Shown: positions 1 through 12,581 of the stretch, in pieces
How the letters are laid out: each line of letters opens with the position of its first letter
How positions within the stretch are numbered: position 1 is the stretch's first letter
From: Mycobacterium tuberculosis H37Rv
GTDB taxonomy: Bacteria > Actinomycetota > Actinomycetes > Mycobacteriales > Mycobacteriaceae
Reading direction: 5' to 3'
Length of the DNA: 32,000 nt
Assembly (NCBI RefSeq): GCF_000195955.2
Contig: NC_000962.3
Location: 1,650,001 to 1,682,000, forward strand
The notes under the pieces: model-generated
Told to the model about the DNA's origin: nothing
Databases searched by the model: none
The model's input: the letters and a program-made list of their open reading frames with translations, nothing else
Made by a program: the position numbers and the translations under genes

Positions 1-2
1 CC

Positions 3-715
3 GACAACGTCGAGTTCGTTGTCGACGACGCCGCTCGGCTGACCGCCGTGTGGATCGCCGACTGGGCCGACAACACCGTTCACCTCAGCGCGCACCATGC
101 TCGGATCGGCAAGGACGCGGTGCTGCGCCACGTCACCGTCATGTTGGGCGGCGACGTGGTGCGAATGTCGGCGGGCGTGCGGTTCTGCGGTGCGGGTGGG
201 GACGCGGAACTGCTGGGGCTGTATTTCGCCGACGACGGCCAGCACCTGGAGTCGCGGCTGCTGGTGGACCACGCCCACCCCGACTGCAAGTCGAACGTGC
301 TGTATAAGGGTGCACTGCAAGGTGATCCGGCGTCGTCGTTGCCCGACGCACACACGGTCTGGGTGGGTGACGTGCTGATCCGTGCGCAGGCCACCGGCAC
401 CGACACCTTCGAGGTGAACCGGAACCTGGTGCTCACCGACGGCGCGCGTGCCGACTCGGTGCCCAACCTGGAGATCGAGACCGGCGAGATCGTCGGCGCC
501 GGACACGCCAGCGCCACCGGTCGCTTCGACGATGAGCAATTGTTCTACCTGCGTTCGCGCGGTATTCCCGAAGCACAGGCCCGCCGGCTGGTGGTCCGCG
601 GCTTCTTCGGTGAGATCATCGCCAAGATCGCGGTGCCCGAGGTACGCGAGCGCCTGACCGCAGCCATCGAACACGAGCTGGAAATCACGGAATCAACGGA
701 AAAGACAACAGTCTC

Positions 716-719
<4 letters not shown>
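3..719 (+). CDS. sufD: SufD, Fe-S cluster assembly scaffold protein (5' end truncated by window)
   Basis: Frame open from the window edge; C-terminal beta-helix SufB/SufD-type sequence (...IETGEIVGAGHASATGRFDDEQLFYLRSRGIPEAQARRLVVRGFFGEII...). Immediately upstream of sufC. Confidence 0.95.
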
Positions 720-3230
<2,511 letters not shown>

Positions 3231-3256
<26 letters not shown>

Positions 3257-3578
3257 GGAATTGCTCGCCGACGTCGAGGAGGCGATGCGCGACGTCGTCG
3301 ACCCGGAGCTGGGGATCAACGTCGTTGACCTGGGCCTGGTCTACGGCTTGGACGTGCAAGACGGTGACGAAGGGACCGTCGCGCTGATCGACATGACCCT
3401 CACGTCGGCGGCGTGCCCGCTGACCGATGTCATCGAGGATCAGTCGCGCAGCGCGCTGGTCGGCAGTGGCCTGGTCGACGACATCCGCATCAACTGGGTG
3501 TGGAACCCGCCGTGGGGCCCGGACAAGATCACCGAAGACGGCCGCGAACAATTGCGGGCGCTCGGCTTCACCGTCTGA
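3231..3578 (+). CDS. DUF59/MIP18-family Fe-S assembly-associated protein (SufT-like)
   Basis: 115 aa from ATG 3231; VVDPELGINVVDLGLVYGL and TSAACPLTD motifs; last gene of the SUF operon (Rv1466-like). Confidence 0.92.
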
Positions 3579-3588
3579 ACCGGCGCGT

Positions 3589-3650
3589 CGCCGAACGTGA
3601 ACTGAGGGCGGAGAATCCGGCAAAATACCGCCGTGAGTTCACGTTCGGCG
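3589..3650. terminator. Long inverted repeat in convergent intergenic region (candidate bidirectional terminator or palindromic repeat)
   Basis: cgccgaacgtgaact (3589-3603) is the exact reverse complement of agttcacgttcggcg (3636-3650); a further 5 bp pair internally (3607-3611 with 3628-3632). Confidence 0.65.
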
Positions 3651-3672
3651 GGCGGTGCGAGCGAAACCCGCC

Positions 3673-5502
3673 TCAGAAGGCGTCTTCGGGCACGCGCATG
3701 ATGTCGTCGTCGATGTTTTCGATGACACTGCGCACCCCGGTCAGTTTCGGCAGCATGTTCTTCGCAAAGAACGCCGCGACCGCGATCTTGCCCCGATAGA
3801 ACGCTTCATCGTTCTGCGATGGCCCGTCGGCCAGTGCGGCGTGTGCGACCCCGGCCAGCACGAGCAGCCGCCAGCCGATGAGCAAGTCGCCCACGGCGAG
3901 CAAATAGCGCACGGATCCGAGCCCCACCTTGTAGATGTCGCTGGAGTGCTGCGCGGCGGACATCAGGTACCCGGTCAGCGCGCCCGTCATTGCCGTGATG
4001 TCGTCGAGCGCGGTGCGCAGCAGCTCGGCTTGCGGTTTTAGCGACGGGTCAATGTTCTCGACGGTGTGGGTGACCTGAGCCAGCACAAATTGCAAAGCCT
4101 TGCCGTGATCGCGCACGATCTTGCGGAAGAAGAAGTCCAGTGCCTGGATCGCCGTGGTGCCCTCGTAGAGGGAATCGATCTTGGCGTCACGGATGTACTG
4201 CTCGAGGGGATAGTCGACCAGAAAGCCCGAGCCGCCCAGCGTCTGCAGCGACTCGGTGAGGATTTCGTAGGCGCGTTCTGAACCCACGCCCTTGACGATG
4301 GGCAGCAGCAGATCGTCCACGCGGTGCGCCATGTCGTGATCGGCACCCGAAACCCGTTGGGCCACAGCGTCGTCCTGGTGAGCAGCGGCATACAGGTACA
4401 GCGCCCGCAGGCCTTCGGCATAGGCCTTTTGGGTCATCAGGCTGCGCCGCACGTCGGGGTGGTGCATGATTGTGACCCGCGGCGCCGTCTTATCCGTCAT
4501 CTGGGTCAGATCCGCGCCCTGCACCCGCTCCTTGGCGAAGGCGAGTGCGTTGAGATAGCCCGTCGACAATGTGCCGGCGGACTTAACTCCGATGGTCATG
4601 CGAGCATGCTCAATCACCGTGAACATCTGCGCAATCCCGTTGTGCACGCCGCCGACCAGATAGCCAACGGCGGGCACGTCGGCACCGCCGAACGTCAATT
4701 CGCATGTCGGAGAGGACTTTAAGCCCATCTTGTGTTCCAGGCCGGTCACGTAGACGCCGTTGCGGGCGCCGAGCTCGAACGTATCGGGGTCGAAGAGGTA
4801 GTTGGGAACGTAGAACAGGCTCAACCCCTTGGTGCCTGGGCCGGCGCCCTCAGGTCGGGCCAACACCAAATGGAAGATGTTCTCCGCGGTATTGCCGACA
4901 TCCCCACCGGAGATGAACCGCTTGACGCCCTCGATGTGCCAGGTGCCGTCGGGTTGTTCGAACGCTTTGGTTCGACCCGCGCCGACATCGGAACCGGCGT
5001 CGGGCTCGGTGAGCACCATGGTGGCCTGCCAGCCGCGCTGCACGCCCTCGGCCGCCCACCTGCGTTGCTCATCATTGCCCTCGATGTAAAGGGACTGGGC
5101 CAGCACCGGGCCCAGGTTGAAAAAGCACGCCGACGGGTTGGCGCAGTAGATCATTTCGTTGACGGCCCATGCCAGCGGCGGCGGCGCTGGCATGCCACCG
5201 ATCTCCTCGGCCAGGCCCAGCCGCCACCAGCCGGCCTCCTTGATTGCCTGCACTGTCTTGGCCAACTCGTCGGGCACGCTGATGGAGTGGGTGTTCGGGT
5301 CGAAGACCGGTGGGTTGCGGTCGGCGTAGCCGAAGGATTCGGCGATCGGACCCTCGGCCAGCCGCGCCGCTTCGGCCAAGATGGTGCGGACCGTGTCGAC
5401 GTCCAGATCGCTGTAGCGTCCGGTGCCCAGGACCGCGCCGATATCAAGGACTTCGAGCAGGTTGAACTCGAGATCGCGGACATTGGCGATGTAGTGTCCC
5501 AA
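3673..5502 (-). CDS. fadE15: Acyl-CoA dehydrogenase FadE15
   Basis: 609 aa from TTG start ([22 protein letters not shown]); acyl-CoA dehydrogenase motifs ([53 protein letters not shown]). The upstream extension of the ORF looks non-coding. Confidence 0.93.
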   Translation of the reverse strand: MGHYIANVRDLEFNLLEVLDIGAVLGTGRYSDLDVDTVRTILAEAARLAEGPIAESFGYADRNPPVFDPNTHSISVPDELAKTVQAIKEAGWWRLGLAEEIGGMPAPPPLAWAVNEMIYCANPSACFFNLGPVLAQSLYIEGNDEQRRWAAEGVQRGWQATMVLTEPDAGSDVGAGRTKAFEQPDGTWHIEGVKRFISGGDVGNTAENIFHLVLARPEGAGPGTKGLSLFYVPNYLFDPDTFELGARNGVYVTGLEHKMGLKSSPTCELTFGGADVPAVGYLVGGVHNGIAQMFTVIEHARMTIGVKSAGTLSTGYLNALAFAKERVQGADLTQMTDKTAPRVTIMHHPDVRRSLMTQKAYAEGLRALYLYAAAHQDDAVAQRVSGADHDMAHRVDDLLLPIVKGVGSERAYEILTESLQTLGGSGFLVDYPLEQYIRDAKIDSLYEGTTAIQALDFFFRKIVRDHGKALQFVLAQVTHTVENIDPSLKPQAELLRTALDDITAMTGALTGYLMSAAQHSSDIYKVGLGSVRYLLAVGDLLIGWRLLVLAGVAHAALADGPSQNDEAFYRGKIAVAAFFAKNMLPKLTGVRSVIENIDDDIMRVPEDAF

Positions 5503-5608
5503 TGCGGTTCCCTTCAGGTGGCTGATCGGCCCTGATCGGGCCCAGTCTCTCCGAGCGGGAAGAACGTACGCAACCGTAACCTGCGGTGGGAGGGCGGAAC
5601 TGCGGCGA

Positions 5609-6721
5609 CTATGTTCCGTTCGCGCCGGGCAGGCCGAGCAGCAGCCCGCCCCTGCCGCCGAGCCCGGGGGCGCCGGCCCCGCCGCCGTCGCCGCCGTCAC
5701 CGCCGTTACCGATCAGCTGGGCGTTGCCACCGTTGCCGCCGTTGCCGCCCAACGCGCCGCCATCGCCGCCTTCCCCGCCGTTGCCGAACAACCCGGCCTG
5801 GCCGCCGGCCCCGCCGTGGGCGCTCGATGCCCCCCCGGCTCCGCTGCCGCCGGCGCCGCCGTTGCCATAGAAGAACCCGGCATCGCCGCCACGCCCAGCG
5901 CTACCCGCGGATAGGGCTGCCCCGCCGGCACCACCGTCGCCGAACAGGAAGGCCCTGCCGCCGGCGCCACCTCCGCCGAGGAAGCTGCTGGCGCCAGCAC
6001 CGCCGTTGCCAAAAAACAGCCCGCCGTTGCCTCCAGAGCCACCGGCTCCCATGCCGTTGGGGCTGATGCCACCCGCGCCGCCGGCCCCGAAGAGCACGGC
6101 GGAGCCGCCGATGCCGCCGGCACCGCCGCCACCGCCGCTATTGCCGCCGGCCCCGCCGTTGCCGAACAGCCACCCGCCGGTGCCGCCGGCGCCGCCGTTG
6201 GCGCCCAGGGCGCCCACGCCGCCGTTGCCGCCGTGGCCCAGCAGTCCGGCGGCGCCGCCGTTGCCGCCGGGGCCGGCAGCGGGCGAGAAGCCGTTGCCGC
6301 CATTGCCGATCAGGAGTCCGCCGGCCTGGCCGTTGGGGTTCGCCGCGGTCCCATCGGCGCCGTTGCCGATCAGCGGACGGTTCAACAGCGCCAGGGTGGG
6401 CGCGTTGATGACGTCGAATAGCGGCTGCAAGGGGCCAAAGTTGGTGGCCTCCGCGGCGGCGTACGCCTGCGCGCCGCCGGACAGGGCTTGCACGAACTGG
6501 CTGTGAAACGCCGCGGCTTGGGCGCTGAGCACCTGATAGGTCTGGCCGTGCGCGCCGAACAACGCCGCGACCGCCGCCGACACCTCATCGGCGCCTGCGG
6601 CCGCGACAGCGGTCGTCTGGGCCGCCGCGGCCGAGTTGGCCGCGCTAATCATCGAACCGAGGCGCGCGAGATTCCCCGCCGCTCCCGACACGAACTCCGT
6701 ATTCGCGACCACGAACGACAT
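5609..6721 (-). CDS. PE_PGRS29: PE-PGRS family protein PE_PGRS29
   Basis: PE domain [43 protein letters not shown], followed by Gly/Ala-rich GGxGG repeats; 370 aa. Confidence 0.95.
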   Translation of the reverse strand: MSFVVANTEFVSGAAGNLARLGSMISAANSAAAAQTTAVAAAGADEVSAAVAALFGAHGQTYQVLSAQAAAFHSQFVQALSGGAQAYAAAEATNFGPLQPLFDVINAPTLALLNRPLIGNGADGTAANPNGQAGGLLIGNGGNGFSPAAGPGGNGGAAGLLGHGGNGGVGALGANGGAGGTGGWLFGNGGAGGNSGGGGGAGGIGGSAVLFGAGGAGGISPNGMGAGGSGGNGGLFFGNGGAGASSFLGGGGAGGRAFLFGDGGAGGAALSAGSAGRGGDAGFFYGNGGAGGSGAGGASSAHGGAGGQAGLFGNGGEGGDGGALGGNGGNGGNAQLIGNGGDGGDGGGAGAPGLGGRGGLLLGLPGANGT

Positions 6722-6962
6722 CTGGCACCTCCGCAATGAAGAGCTAGCGACCGACGTATCTTATCGCGATCCAGCGGCCGCTTCACCCGTTTCGGGGTAA
6801 CGCACCCCGCCAGAATGGTTAATCCGTTAGTGGCCCCGCTTGCCTTGTGCCAGTGACCAATTCAATCGCATACCGCAATGCAATCGAGATTTTTGGTCGT
6901 TCCTGCGTCCCTACACTCGGTTCATCCTGACGAATTCGCACCCCTGTCGTGAGGCCGCCGGA

Positions 6963-8936
6963 ATGACCTTGACCGCTTGTGAAGTAACTGCCGCGGAGGC
7001 TCCTTTCGACCGCGTTTCAAAGACCATTCCCCACCCATTGAGCTGGGGAGCCGCGCTGTGGTCGGTAGTCTCCGTGCGCTGGGCCACCGTGGCGCTGCTG
7101 CTGTTTCTCGCCGGACTAGTGGCGCAACTGAACGGTGCTCCCGAGGCCATGTGGTGGACGCTTTACCTGGCCTGTTATCTGGCCGGCGGCTGGGGCTCGG
7201 CATGGGCGGGCGCACAAGCGTTGCGGAACAAGGCACTTGATGTGGATCTGCTGATGATTGCCGCGGCGGTCGGAGCGGTCGCGATTGGGCAGATCTTCGA
7301 CGGCGCGCTGCTGATCGTGATCTTCGCCACGTCCGGTGCGCTGGATGACATTGCCACCAGACACACCGCGGAATCGGTCAAAGGCCTGCTGGACCTCGCG
7401 CCGGATCAGGCGGTGGTGGTCCAGGGCGACGGCAGCGAACGGGTGGTGGCGGCCAGCGAGCTGGTGGTGGGGGACCGGGTGGTGGTGCGGCCGGGGGACC
7501 GGATACCCGCAGACGGTGCGGTGCTGTCGGGGGCTAGCGACGTCGACCAACGCTCGATCACCGGTGAATCGATGCCGGTGGCCAAGGCCCGCGGTGACGA
7601 GGTGTTCGCCGGCACCGTGAACGGATCGGGTGTATTGCATCTGGTGGTCACCCGTGACCCGAGCCAGACCGTGGTAGCCCGCATCGTCGAACTGGTCGCC
7701 GACGCTTCGGCGACGAAGGCCAAAACCCAACTGTTCATTGAGAAAATCGAGCAACGCTACTCCCTGGGCATGGTCGCGGCCACCCTTGCCCTCATCGTTA
7801 TTCCGCTGATGTTCGGCGCCGACCTGCGGCCGGTGCTGCTGCGCGCCATGACCTTCATGATCGTGGCATCGCCATGCGCGGTGGTGCTGGCCACCATGCC
7901 GCCGCTGCTTTCGGCGATCGCCAACGCAGGCCGTCATGGGGTGCTGGTCAAATCCGCGGTGGTCGTCGAACGCCTGGCCGATACCAGCATCGTCGCTTTG
8001 GACAAGACCGGTACGCTGACCCGTGGCATCCCGCGACTGGCTTCCGTCGCACCGCTGGACCCCAACGTGGTCGATGCCCGGCGATTGTTGCAATTGGCAG
8101 CTGCCGCAGAACAATCCAGCGAGCACCCGCTTGGCCGGGCGATCGTCGCGGAAGCTCGTCGGCGTGGTATCGCCATACCGCCCGCCAAGGACTTCCGCGC
8201 GGTCCCGGGCTGCGGGGTCCACGCCCTGGTGGGCAACGATTTCGTCGAGATCGCCAGCCCGCAAAGCTACCGCGGTGCACCGCTAGCAGAGCTGGCGCCG
8301 CTCCTTTCTGCCGGCGCCACTGCCGCCATCGTCTTGTTGGATGGAGTTGCCATCGGTGTGCTCGGGCTCACCGATCAGCTTCGTCCGGATGCCGTGGAGT
8401 CCGTCGCGGCGATGGCTGCATTGACCGCCGCACCACCGGTGCTGCTCACGGGTGACAACGGGCGAGCGGCTTGGCGGGTCGCTCGGAACGCCGGGATCAC
8501 CGATGTGCGAGCCGCATTGCTGCCCGAGCAGAAGGTTGAAGTCGTGCGCAACCTGCAGGCCGGTGGTCACCAGGTGCTGCTCGTCGGCGACGGCGTCAAC
8601 GACGCTCCCGCCATGGCCGCCGCCCGCGCCGCTGTCGCCATGGGCGCCGGCGCCGATCTGACCCTACAGACCGCAGACGGGGTGACCATACGGGACGAAC
8701 TGCACACCATCCCGACGATCATCGGGTTGGCACGGCAGGCGCGCCGGGTGGTCACCGTCAACCTGGCCATCGCGGCCACCTTCATCGCCGTCCTGGTGCT
8801 GTGGGACCTTTTTGGGCAGCTGCCGCTGCCACTGGGTGTGGTGGGTCACGAAGGGTCCACTGTGCTGGTGGCCCTCAACGGCATGCGGCTATTGACCAAC
8901 CGGTCGTGGCGGGCCGCGGCTTCGGCTGCGCGTTAG
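6963..8936 (+). CDS. ctpD: P1B-type metal cation-transporting ATPase CtpD
   Basis: 657 aa from ATG 6963; DKTGTLT phosphorylation motif, intramembrane SPC, HEGST in the last TM region, GDGVND hinge. Confidence 0.95.
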   Translation: MTLTACEVTAAEAPFDRVSKTIPHPLSWGAALWSVVSVRWATVALLLFLAGLVAQLNGAPEAMWWTLYLACYLAGGWGSAWAGAQALRNKALDVDLLMIAAAVGAVAIGQIFDGALLIVIFATSGALDDIATRHTAESVKGLLDLAPDQAVVVQGDGSERVVAASELVVGDRVVVRPGDRIPADGAVLSGASDVDQRSITGESMPVAKARGDEVFAGTVNGSGVLHLVVTRDPSQTVVARIVELVADASATKAKTQLFIEKIEQRYSLGMVAATLALIVIPLMFGADLRPVLLRAMTFMIVASPCAVVLATMPPLLSAIANAGRHGVLVKSAVVVERLADTSIVALDKTGTLTRGIPRLASVAPLDPNVVDARRLLQLAAAAEQSSEHPLGRAIVAEARRRGIAIPPAKDFRAVPGCGVHALVGNDFVEIASPQSYRGAPLAELAPLLSAGATAAIVLLDGVAIGVLGLTDQLRPDAVESVAAMAALTAAPPVLLTGDNGRAAWRVARNAGITDVRAALLPEQKVEVVRNLQAGGHQVLLVGDGVNDAPAMAAARAAVAMGAGADLTLQTADGVTIRDELHTIPTIIGLARQARRVVTVNLAIAATFIAVLVLWDLFGQLPLPLGVVGHEGSTVLVALNGMRLLTNRSWRAAASAAR

Positions 8937-8979
8937 GCTCGATGTCGCAGAACTGACCAGGGCTGCGTTAGGGGTGCCC

Positions 8980-9354
8980 GTGACCACTCGAGACCTCACG
9001 GCGGCGTATTTCCAACAGACCATCTCCGCCAACAGCAACGTGCTTGTGTACTTTTGGGCACCGCTGTGCGCCCCGTGCGACCTGTTCACACCGACCTACG
9101 AGGCGTCGTCGCGGAAACACTTTGACGTCGTGCATGGCAAAGTCAACATCGAAACCGAGAAAGATCTGGCCTCGATCGCCGGGGTCAAGTTGTTGCCCAC
9201 GCTGATGGCCTTCAAGAAAGGCAAGCTGGTCTTCAAACAAGCCGGCATCGCCAATCCCGCGATCATGGACAATCTGGTGCAACAACTCCGGGCATACACC
9301 TTCAAGTCCCCGGCCGGCGAAGGTATCGGCCCTGGAACAAAGACTTCATCCTGA
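8980..9354 (+). CDS. trxA: Thioredoxin-like protein TrxA (CAPC active site)
   Basis: 124 aa from GTG 8980; thioredoxin fold with FWAPLCAPCDL. Confidence 0.93.
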   Translation: MTTRDLTAAYFQQTISANSNVLVYFWAPLCAPCDLFTPTYEASSRKHFDVVHGKVNIETEKDLASIAGVKLLPTLMAFKKGKLVFKQAGIANPAIMDNLVQQLRAYTFKSPAGEGIGPGTKTSS

Positions 9355-9369
9355 GGCGTTGAGGCAGGC

Positions 9370-9741
9370 GTGACTACCCGAGACCTCACTGCCGCACAGT
9401 TCAACGAAACCATCCAAAGCAGCGACATGGTGCTCGTCGATTATTGGGCCTCCTGGTGCGGCCCGTGCCGCGCGTTCGCGCCGACCTTTGCCGAGTCGTC
9501 GGAAAAACACCCCGACGTGGTGCACGCCAAGGTCGACACCGAAGCCGAACGAGAGCTTGCAGCGGCCGCTCAGATCCGATCCATCCCCACGATCATGGCC
9601 TTCAAGAACGGCAAGTTGTTGTTCAACCAGGCCGGCGCGCTGCCGCCGGCAGCATTGGAGAGCCTGGTGCAGCAGCTCAAGGCCTACGAGGTGGAGGCCG
9701 GCGAAGCCACCACCCAGAACGGGCGAGCCCAACAAGCCTGA
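9370..9741 (+). CDS. trxB1: Thioredoxin TrxB1 (canonical CGPC)
   Basis: 123 aa from GTG 9370; DYWASWCGPCRAFAPTF; tandem paralogue of the preceding gene. Confidence 0.94.
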   Translation: MTTRDLTAAQFNETIQSSDMVLVDYWASWCGPCRAFAPTFAESSEKHPDVVHAKVDTEAERELAAAAQIRSIPTIMAFKNGKLLFNQAGALPPAALESLVQQLKAYEVEAGEATTQNGRAQQA

Positions 9742-9762
9742 CCGGGCGCCAGGCGCCCGGCT

Positions 9763-10620
9763 GTGCCCCACCGCTGCGCGGCGCAAGTCGTCGCCGGGTA
9801 CCGTTCAACGGTGAGTTTGGTCCTCGTCGAACACCCGCGGCCCGAGATCGCGCAGATTACCCTCAACCGGCCGGAGCGGATGAACTCCATGGCATTCGAT
9901 GTCATGGTGCCGCTCAAAGAGGCCTTAGCGCAGGTCAGCTACGACAACTCGGTGCGGGTGGTGGTGCTGACCGGCGCGGGTCGAGGGTTTTCTCCGGGTG
10001 CGGATCACAAGTCGGCGGGGGTGGTGCCGCACGTCGAGAACTTGACTCGGCCCACCTACGCGCTGCGTTCGATGGAGCTCCTCGATGACGTCATCTTAAT
10101 GCTGCGACGGCTGCACCAGCCGGTGATCGCCGCGGTCAACGGCCCCGCCATCGGTGGTGGGCTGTGCCTGGCACTGGCTGCAGACATTCGGGTGGCCTCG
10201 AGTAGCGCCTACTTCCGGGCCGCCGGTATCAACAACGGGCTGACCGCCAGCGAATTGGGGCTGAGCTACCTGTTGCCCAGGGCCATTGGATCCTCACGTG
10301 CGTTCGAGATCATGTTGACCGGTCGCGACGTCAGCGCCGAGGAAGCCGAGAGGATCGGGCTGGTATCCCGTCAGGTACCCGATGAACAGCTGCTAGATGC
10401 CTGCTACGCGATCGCCGCACGGATGGCGGGATTCTCGCGGCCGGGAATTGAGTTGACCAAACGTACGCTGTGGAGTGGACTGGACGCCGCCAGTCTGGAG
10501 GCGCACATGCAGGCCGAGGGCTTGGGGCAGCTCTTCGTCCGGCTGCTCACCGCCAACTTCGAAGAAGCGGTTGCCGCACGGGCCGAGCAGCGGGCGCCGG
10601 TGTTCACCGATGACACGTAA
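9763..10620 (+). CDS. echA12: Enoyl-CoA hydratase/isomerase family protein EchA12
   Basis: 285 aa; crotonase motifs AQITLNRPERMNSMAF, GRGFSPGADHKS, AVNGPAIGGGLCLALAADIRVAS. Confidence 0.93.
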   Translation: MPHRCAAQVVAGYRSTVSLVLVEHPRPEIAQITLNRPERMNSMAFDVMVPLKEALAQVSYDNSVRVVVLTGAGRGFSPGADHKSAGVVPHVENLTRPTYALRSMELLDDVILMLRRLHQPVIAAVNGPAIGGGLCLALAADIRVASSSAYFRAAGINNGLTASELGLSYLLPRAIGSSRAFEIMLTGRDVSAEEAERIGLVSRQVPDEQLLDACYAIAARMAGFSRPGIELTKRTLWSGLDAASLEAHMQAEGLGQLFVRLLTANFEEAVAARAEQRAPVFTDDT

Positions 10621-10655
10621 CAGCGCCCAAGACAACCGACGACCAGGGAGCGAAT

Positions 10656-12284
10656 GTGATCACAGCTACGGACCTCGAGGTCCGCGCTGGCGCGCGCATC
10701 CTGCTCGCACCCGACGGCCCCGACCTGCGTGTGCAGCCCGGCGATCGTATCGGGCTGGTCGGACGTAACGGTGCCGGCAAGACCACCACGCTGCGCATTC
10801 TGGCGGGGGAGGTCGAACCCTATGCCGGGTCGGTTACCCGTGCCGGCGAAATCGGCTACCTGCCACAGGATCCCAAAGTTGGCGATCTCGACGTGCTGGC
10901 CCGTGACCGGGTGCTGTCCGCCCGCGGACTGGACGTCCTGCTCACTGATCTGGAGAAGCAGCAGGCGTTGATGGCCGAGGTCGCCGACGAGGACGAGCGT
11001 GACCGCGCCATCCGCCGTTACGGTCAGCTCGAGGAGCGATTCGTCGCGCTGGGCGGCTATGGCGCCGAAAGCGAAGCCGGCCGCATCTGCGCCAGCCTAG
11101 GCTTGCCCGAGCGGGTGCTGACCCAGCGGCTGCGTACCCTTTCCGGAGGTCAGCGCCGCCGGGTGGAACTAGCCCGCATTTTGTTCGCCGCGTCCGAGAG
11201 TGGCGCTGGAAATTCCACCACCTTGTTGCTCGACGAGCCGACTAACCACCTCGACGCTGATTCGCTGGGCTGGCTGCGGGACTTCCTGCGCTTGCATACG
11301 GGCGGGCTGGTGGTCATCAGCCACAACGTGGACCTGGTGGCCGATGTCGTCAATAAAGTGTGGTTCCTGGATGCCGTGCGCGGCCAGGTCGATGTTTACA
11401 ACATGGGCTGGCAGCGCTACGTCGACGCTCGGGCCACCGACGAGCAACGTCGCATCCGGGAACGCGCTAACGCCGAACGCAAGGCGGCCGCGCTGCGTGC
11501 ACAGGCCGCCAAGTTGGGCGCCAAGGCCACCAAAGCCGTTGCGGCCCAGAACATGTTGCGCCGCGCCGATCGGATGATGGCCGCACTCGACGAGGAGCGA
11601 GTCGCCGACAAGGTGGCCCGGATCAAGTTCCCCACCCCGGCGGCGTGTGGACGCACACCGCTGGTGGCCAACGGTCTGGGCAAGACGTATGGCTCGCTGG
11701 AAGTCTTCACCGGTGTCGACTTGGCCATCGACCGCGGCTCGCGGGTGGTCATACTCGGACTCAACGGTGCCGGCAAGACCACGCTGCTGCGATTGCTGGC
11801 CGGTGTCGAGCAGCCCGACACCGGAGTGCTGGAACCCGGATACGGTTTACGGATCGGCTATTTCGCGCAGGAGCACGACACGCTCGACAACGATGCCACC
11901 GTTTGGGAGAACGTCCGGCACGCGGCACCGGATGCCGGCGAACAGGACCTGCGCGGCCTGCTGGGTGCGTTCATGTTCACCGGTCCGCAGCTCGAGCAGC
12001 CGGCCGGCACGCTCTCCGGCGGTGAGAAGACCCGGCTCGCGCTGGCCGGCTTGGTGGCCTCCACCGCGAATGTGCTGCTGCTCGATGAACCGACCAACAA
12101 TCTCGATCCGGCCTCGCGCGAGCAGGTGCTCGACGCGCTGCGCAGCTACCGAGGTGCGGTGGTGCTGGTGACGCATGATCCCGGGGCGGCCGCGGCGCTC
12201 GGTCCCCAACGGGTGGTGCTGTTGCCCGACGGCACCGAGGACTACTGGTCCGACGAGTATCGAGATCTCATCGAGCTGGCCTGA
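10656..12284 (+). CDS. ABC-F family ATP-binding protein (two ABC domains, no TM)
   Basis: 542 aa; tandem Walker A (GRNGAGKTT, GLNGAGKTT), two signatures (LSGGQRRRVELAR, LSGGEKTRLALAG), inter-domain linker; Rv1473-like. Confidence 0.93.
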   Translation: MITATDLEVRAGARILLAPDGPDLRVQPGDRIGLVGRNGAGKTTTLRILAGEVEPYAGSVTRAGEIGYLPQDPKVGDLDVLARDRVLSARGLDVLLTDLEKQQALMAEVADEDERDRAIRRYGQLEERFVALGGYGAESEAGRICASLGLPERVLTQRLRTLSGGQRRRVELARILFAASESGAGNSTTLLLDEPTNHLDADSLGWLRDFLRLHTGGLVVISHNVDLVADVVNKVWFLDAVRGQVDVYNMGWQRYVDARATDEQRRIRERANAERKAAALRAQAAKLGAKATKAVAAQNMLRRADRMMAALDEERVADKVARIKFPTPAACGRTPLVANGLGKTYGSLEVFTGVDLAIDRGSRVVILGLNGAGKTTLLRLLAGVEQPDTGVLEPGYGLRIGYFAQEHDTLDNDATVWENVRHAAPDAGEQDLRGLLGAFMFTGPQLEQPAGTLSGGEKTRLALAGLVASTANVLLLDEPTNNLDPASREQVLDALRSYRGAVVLVTHDPGAAAALGPQRVVLLPDGTEDYWSDEYRDLIELA

Positions 12285-12380
12285 CCTAGATGCGGCTGCC
12301 GCGTAACGATTTCGGCCAAAGCACCACCGGGGCGGCGGCGGGTTCTTAGGCTAGGTGCCTGGGATCGACGGAGGGTACCG

Positions 12381-12572
12381 ATGCGGAAGTCAAAGAAGAC
12401 GCGCGATCAGCTGCTGCGCGAGTTGCGCAACGCCTACGAGGGCGGGGCCAGTATCCGCAACCTGGCGGCCACCACCGGCCGGTCGTACGGATCTATTCAC
12501 AGCATGCTGCGCGAGTCAGGCACCACGATGCGCGGCCGCGGCGGCCCCAATCGCCGTTCCCGGCCGCGTTGA
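12381..12572 (+). CDS. Small helix-turn-helix protein (63 aa)
   Basis: LLRELRNAYEGGASIRNLAATTGRSYGSIHSMLRESGTTMRGRGG; compact HTH with basic tail; Rv1473A-like. Confidence 0.8.
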   Translation: MRKSKKTRDQLLRELRNAYEGGASIRNLAATTGRSYGSIHSMLRESGTTMRGRGGPNRRSRPR

Positions 12573-12581
12573 TCCGCCGAT

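Noticed and set aside
4732-5535. Plus-strand 267-aa ORF opposite fadE15
   Set aside because: No recognisable domain; mirrors the fadE15 codon structure.
3673-5700. 675-aa start for fadE15
   Set aside because: The first 66 residues (Pro/Ser/Arg-rich) have no acyl-CoA dehydrogenase character. The TTG start at 5502 gives the family-like N-terminus.
5700-6400. Dense short tandem GGC/CCG repeats that could be taken for a CRISPR or satellite array
   Set aside because: They are the coding PGRS repeats of PE_PGRS29; there is no uniform repeat/spacer structure.
5586-6506. Proline-rich and arginine-rich ORFs opposite or out of frame with PE_PGRS29
   Set aside because: Expected by-products of the GGCGGC-type PGRS repeat read in other frames.
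8940-8980. Near-duplicate 'gctgcg(cg)ttagg' strings around the ctpD stop
   Set aside because: Short and imperfect; expected by chance in this GC context.
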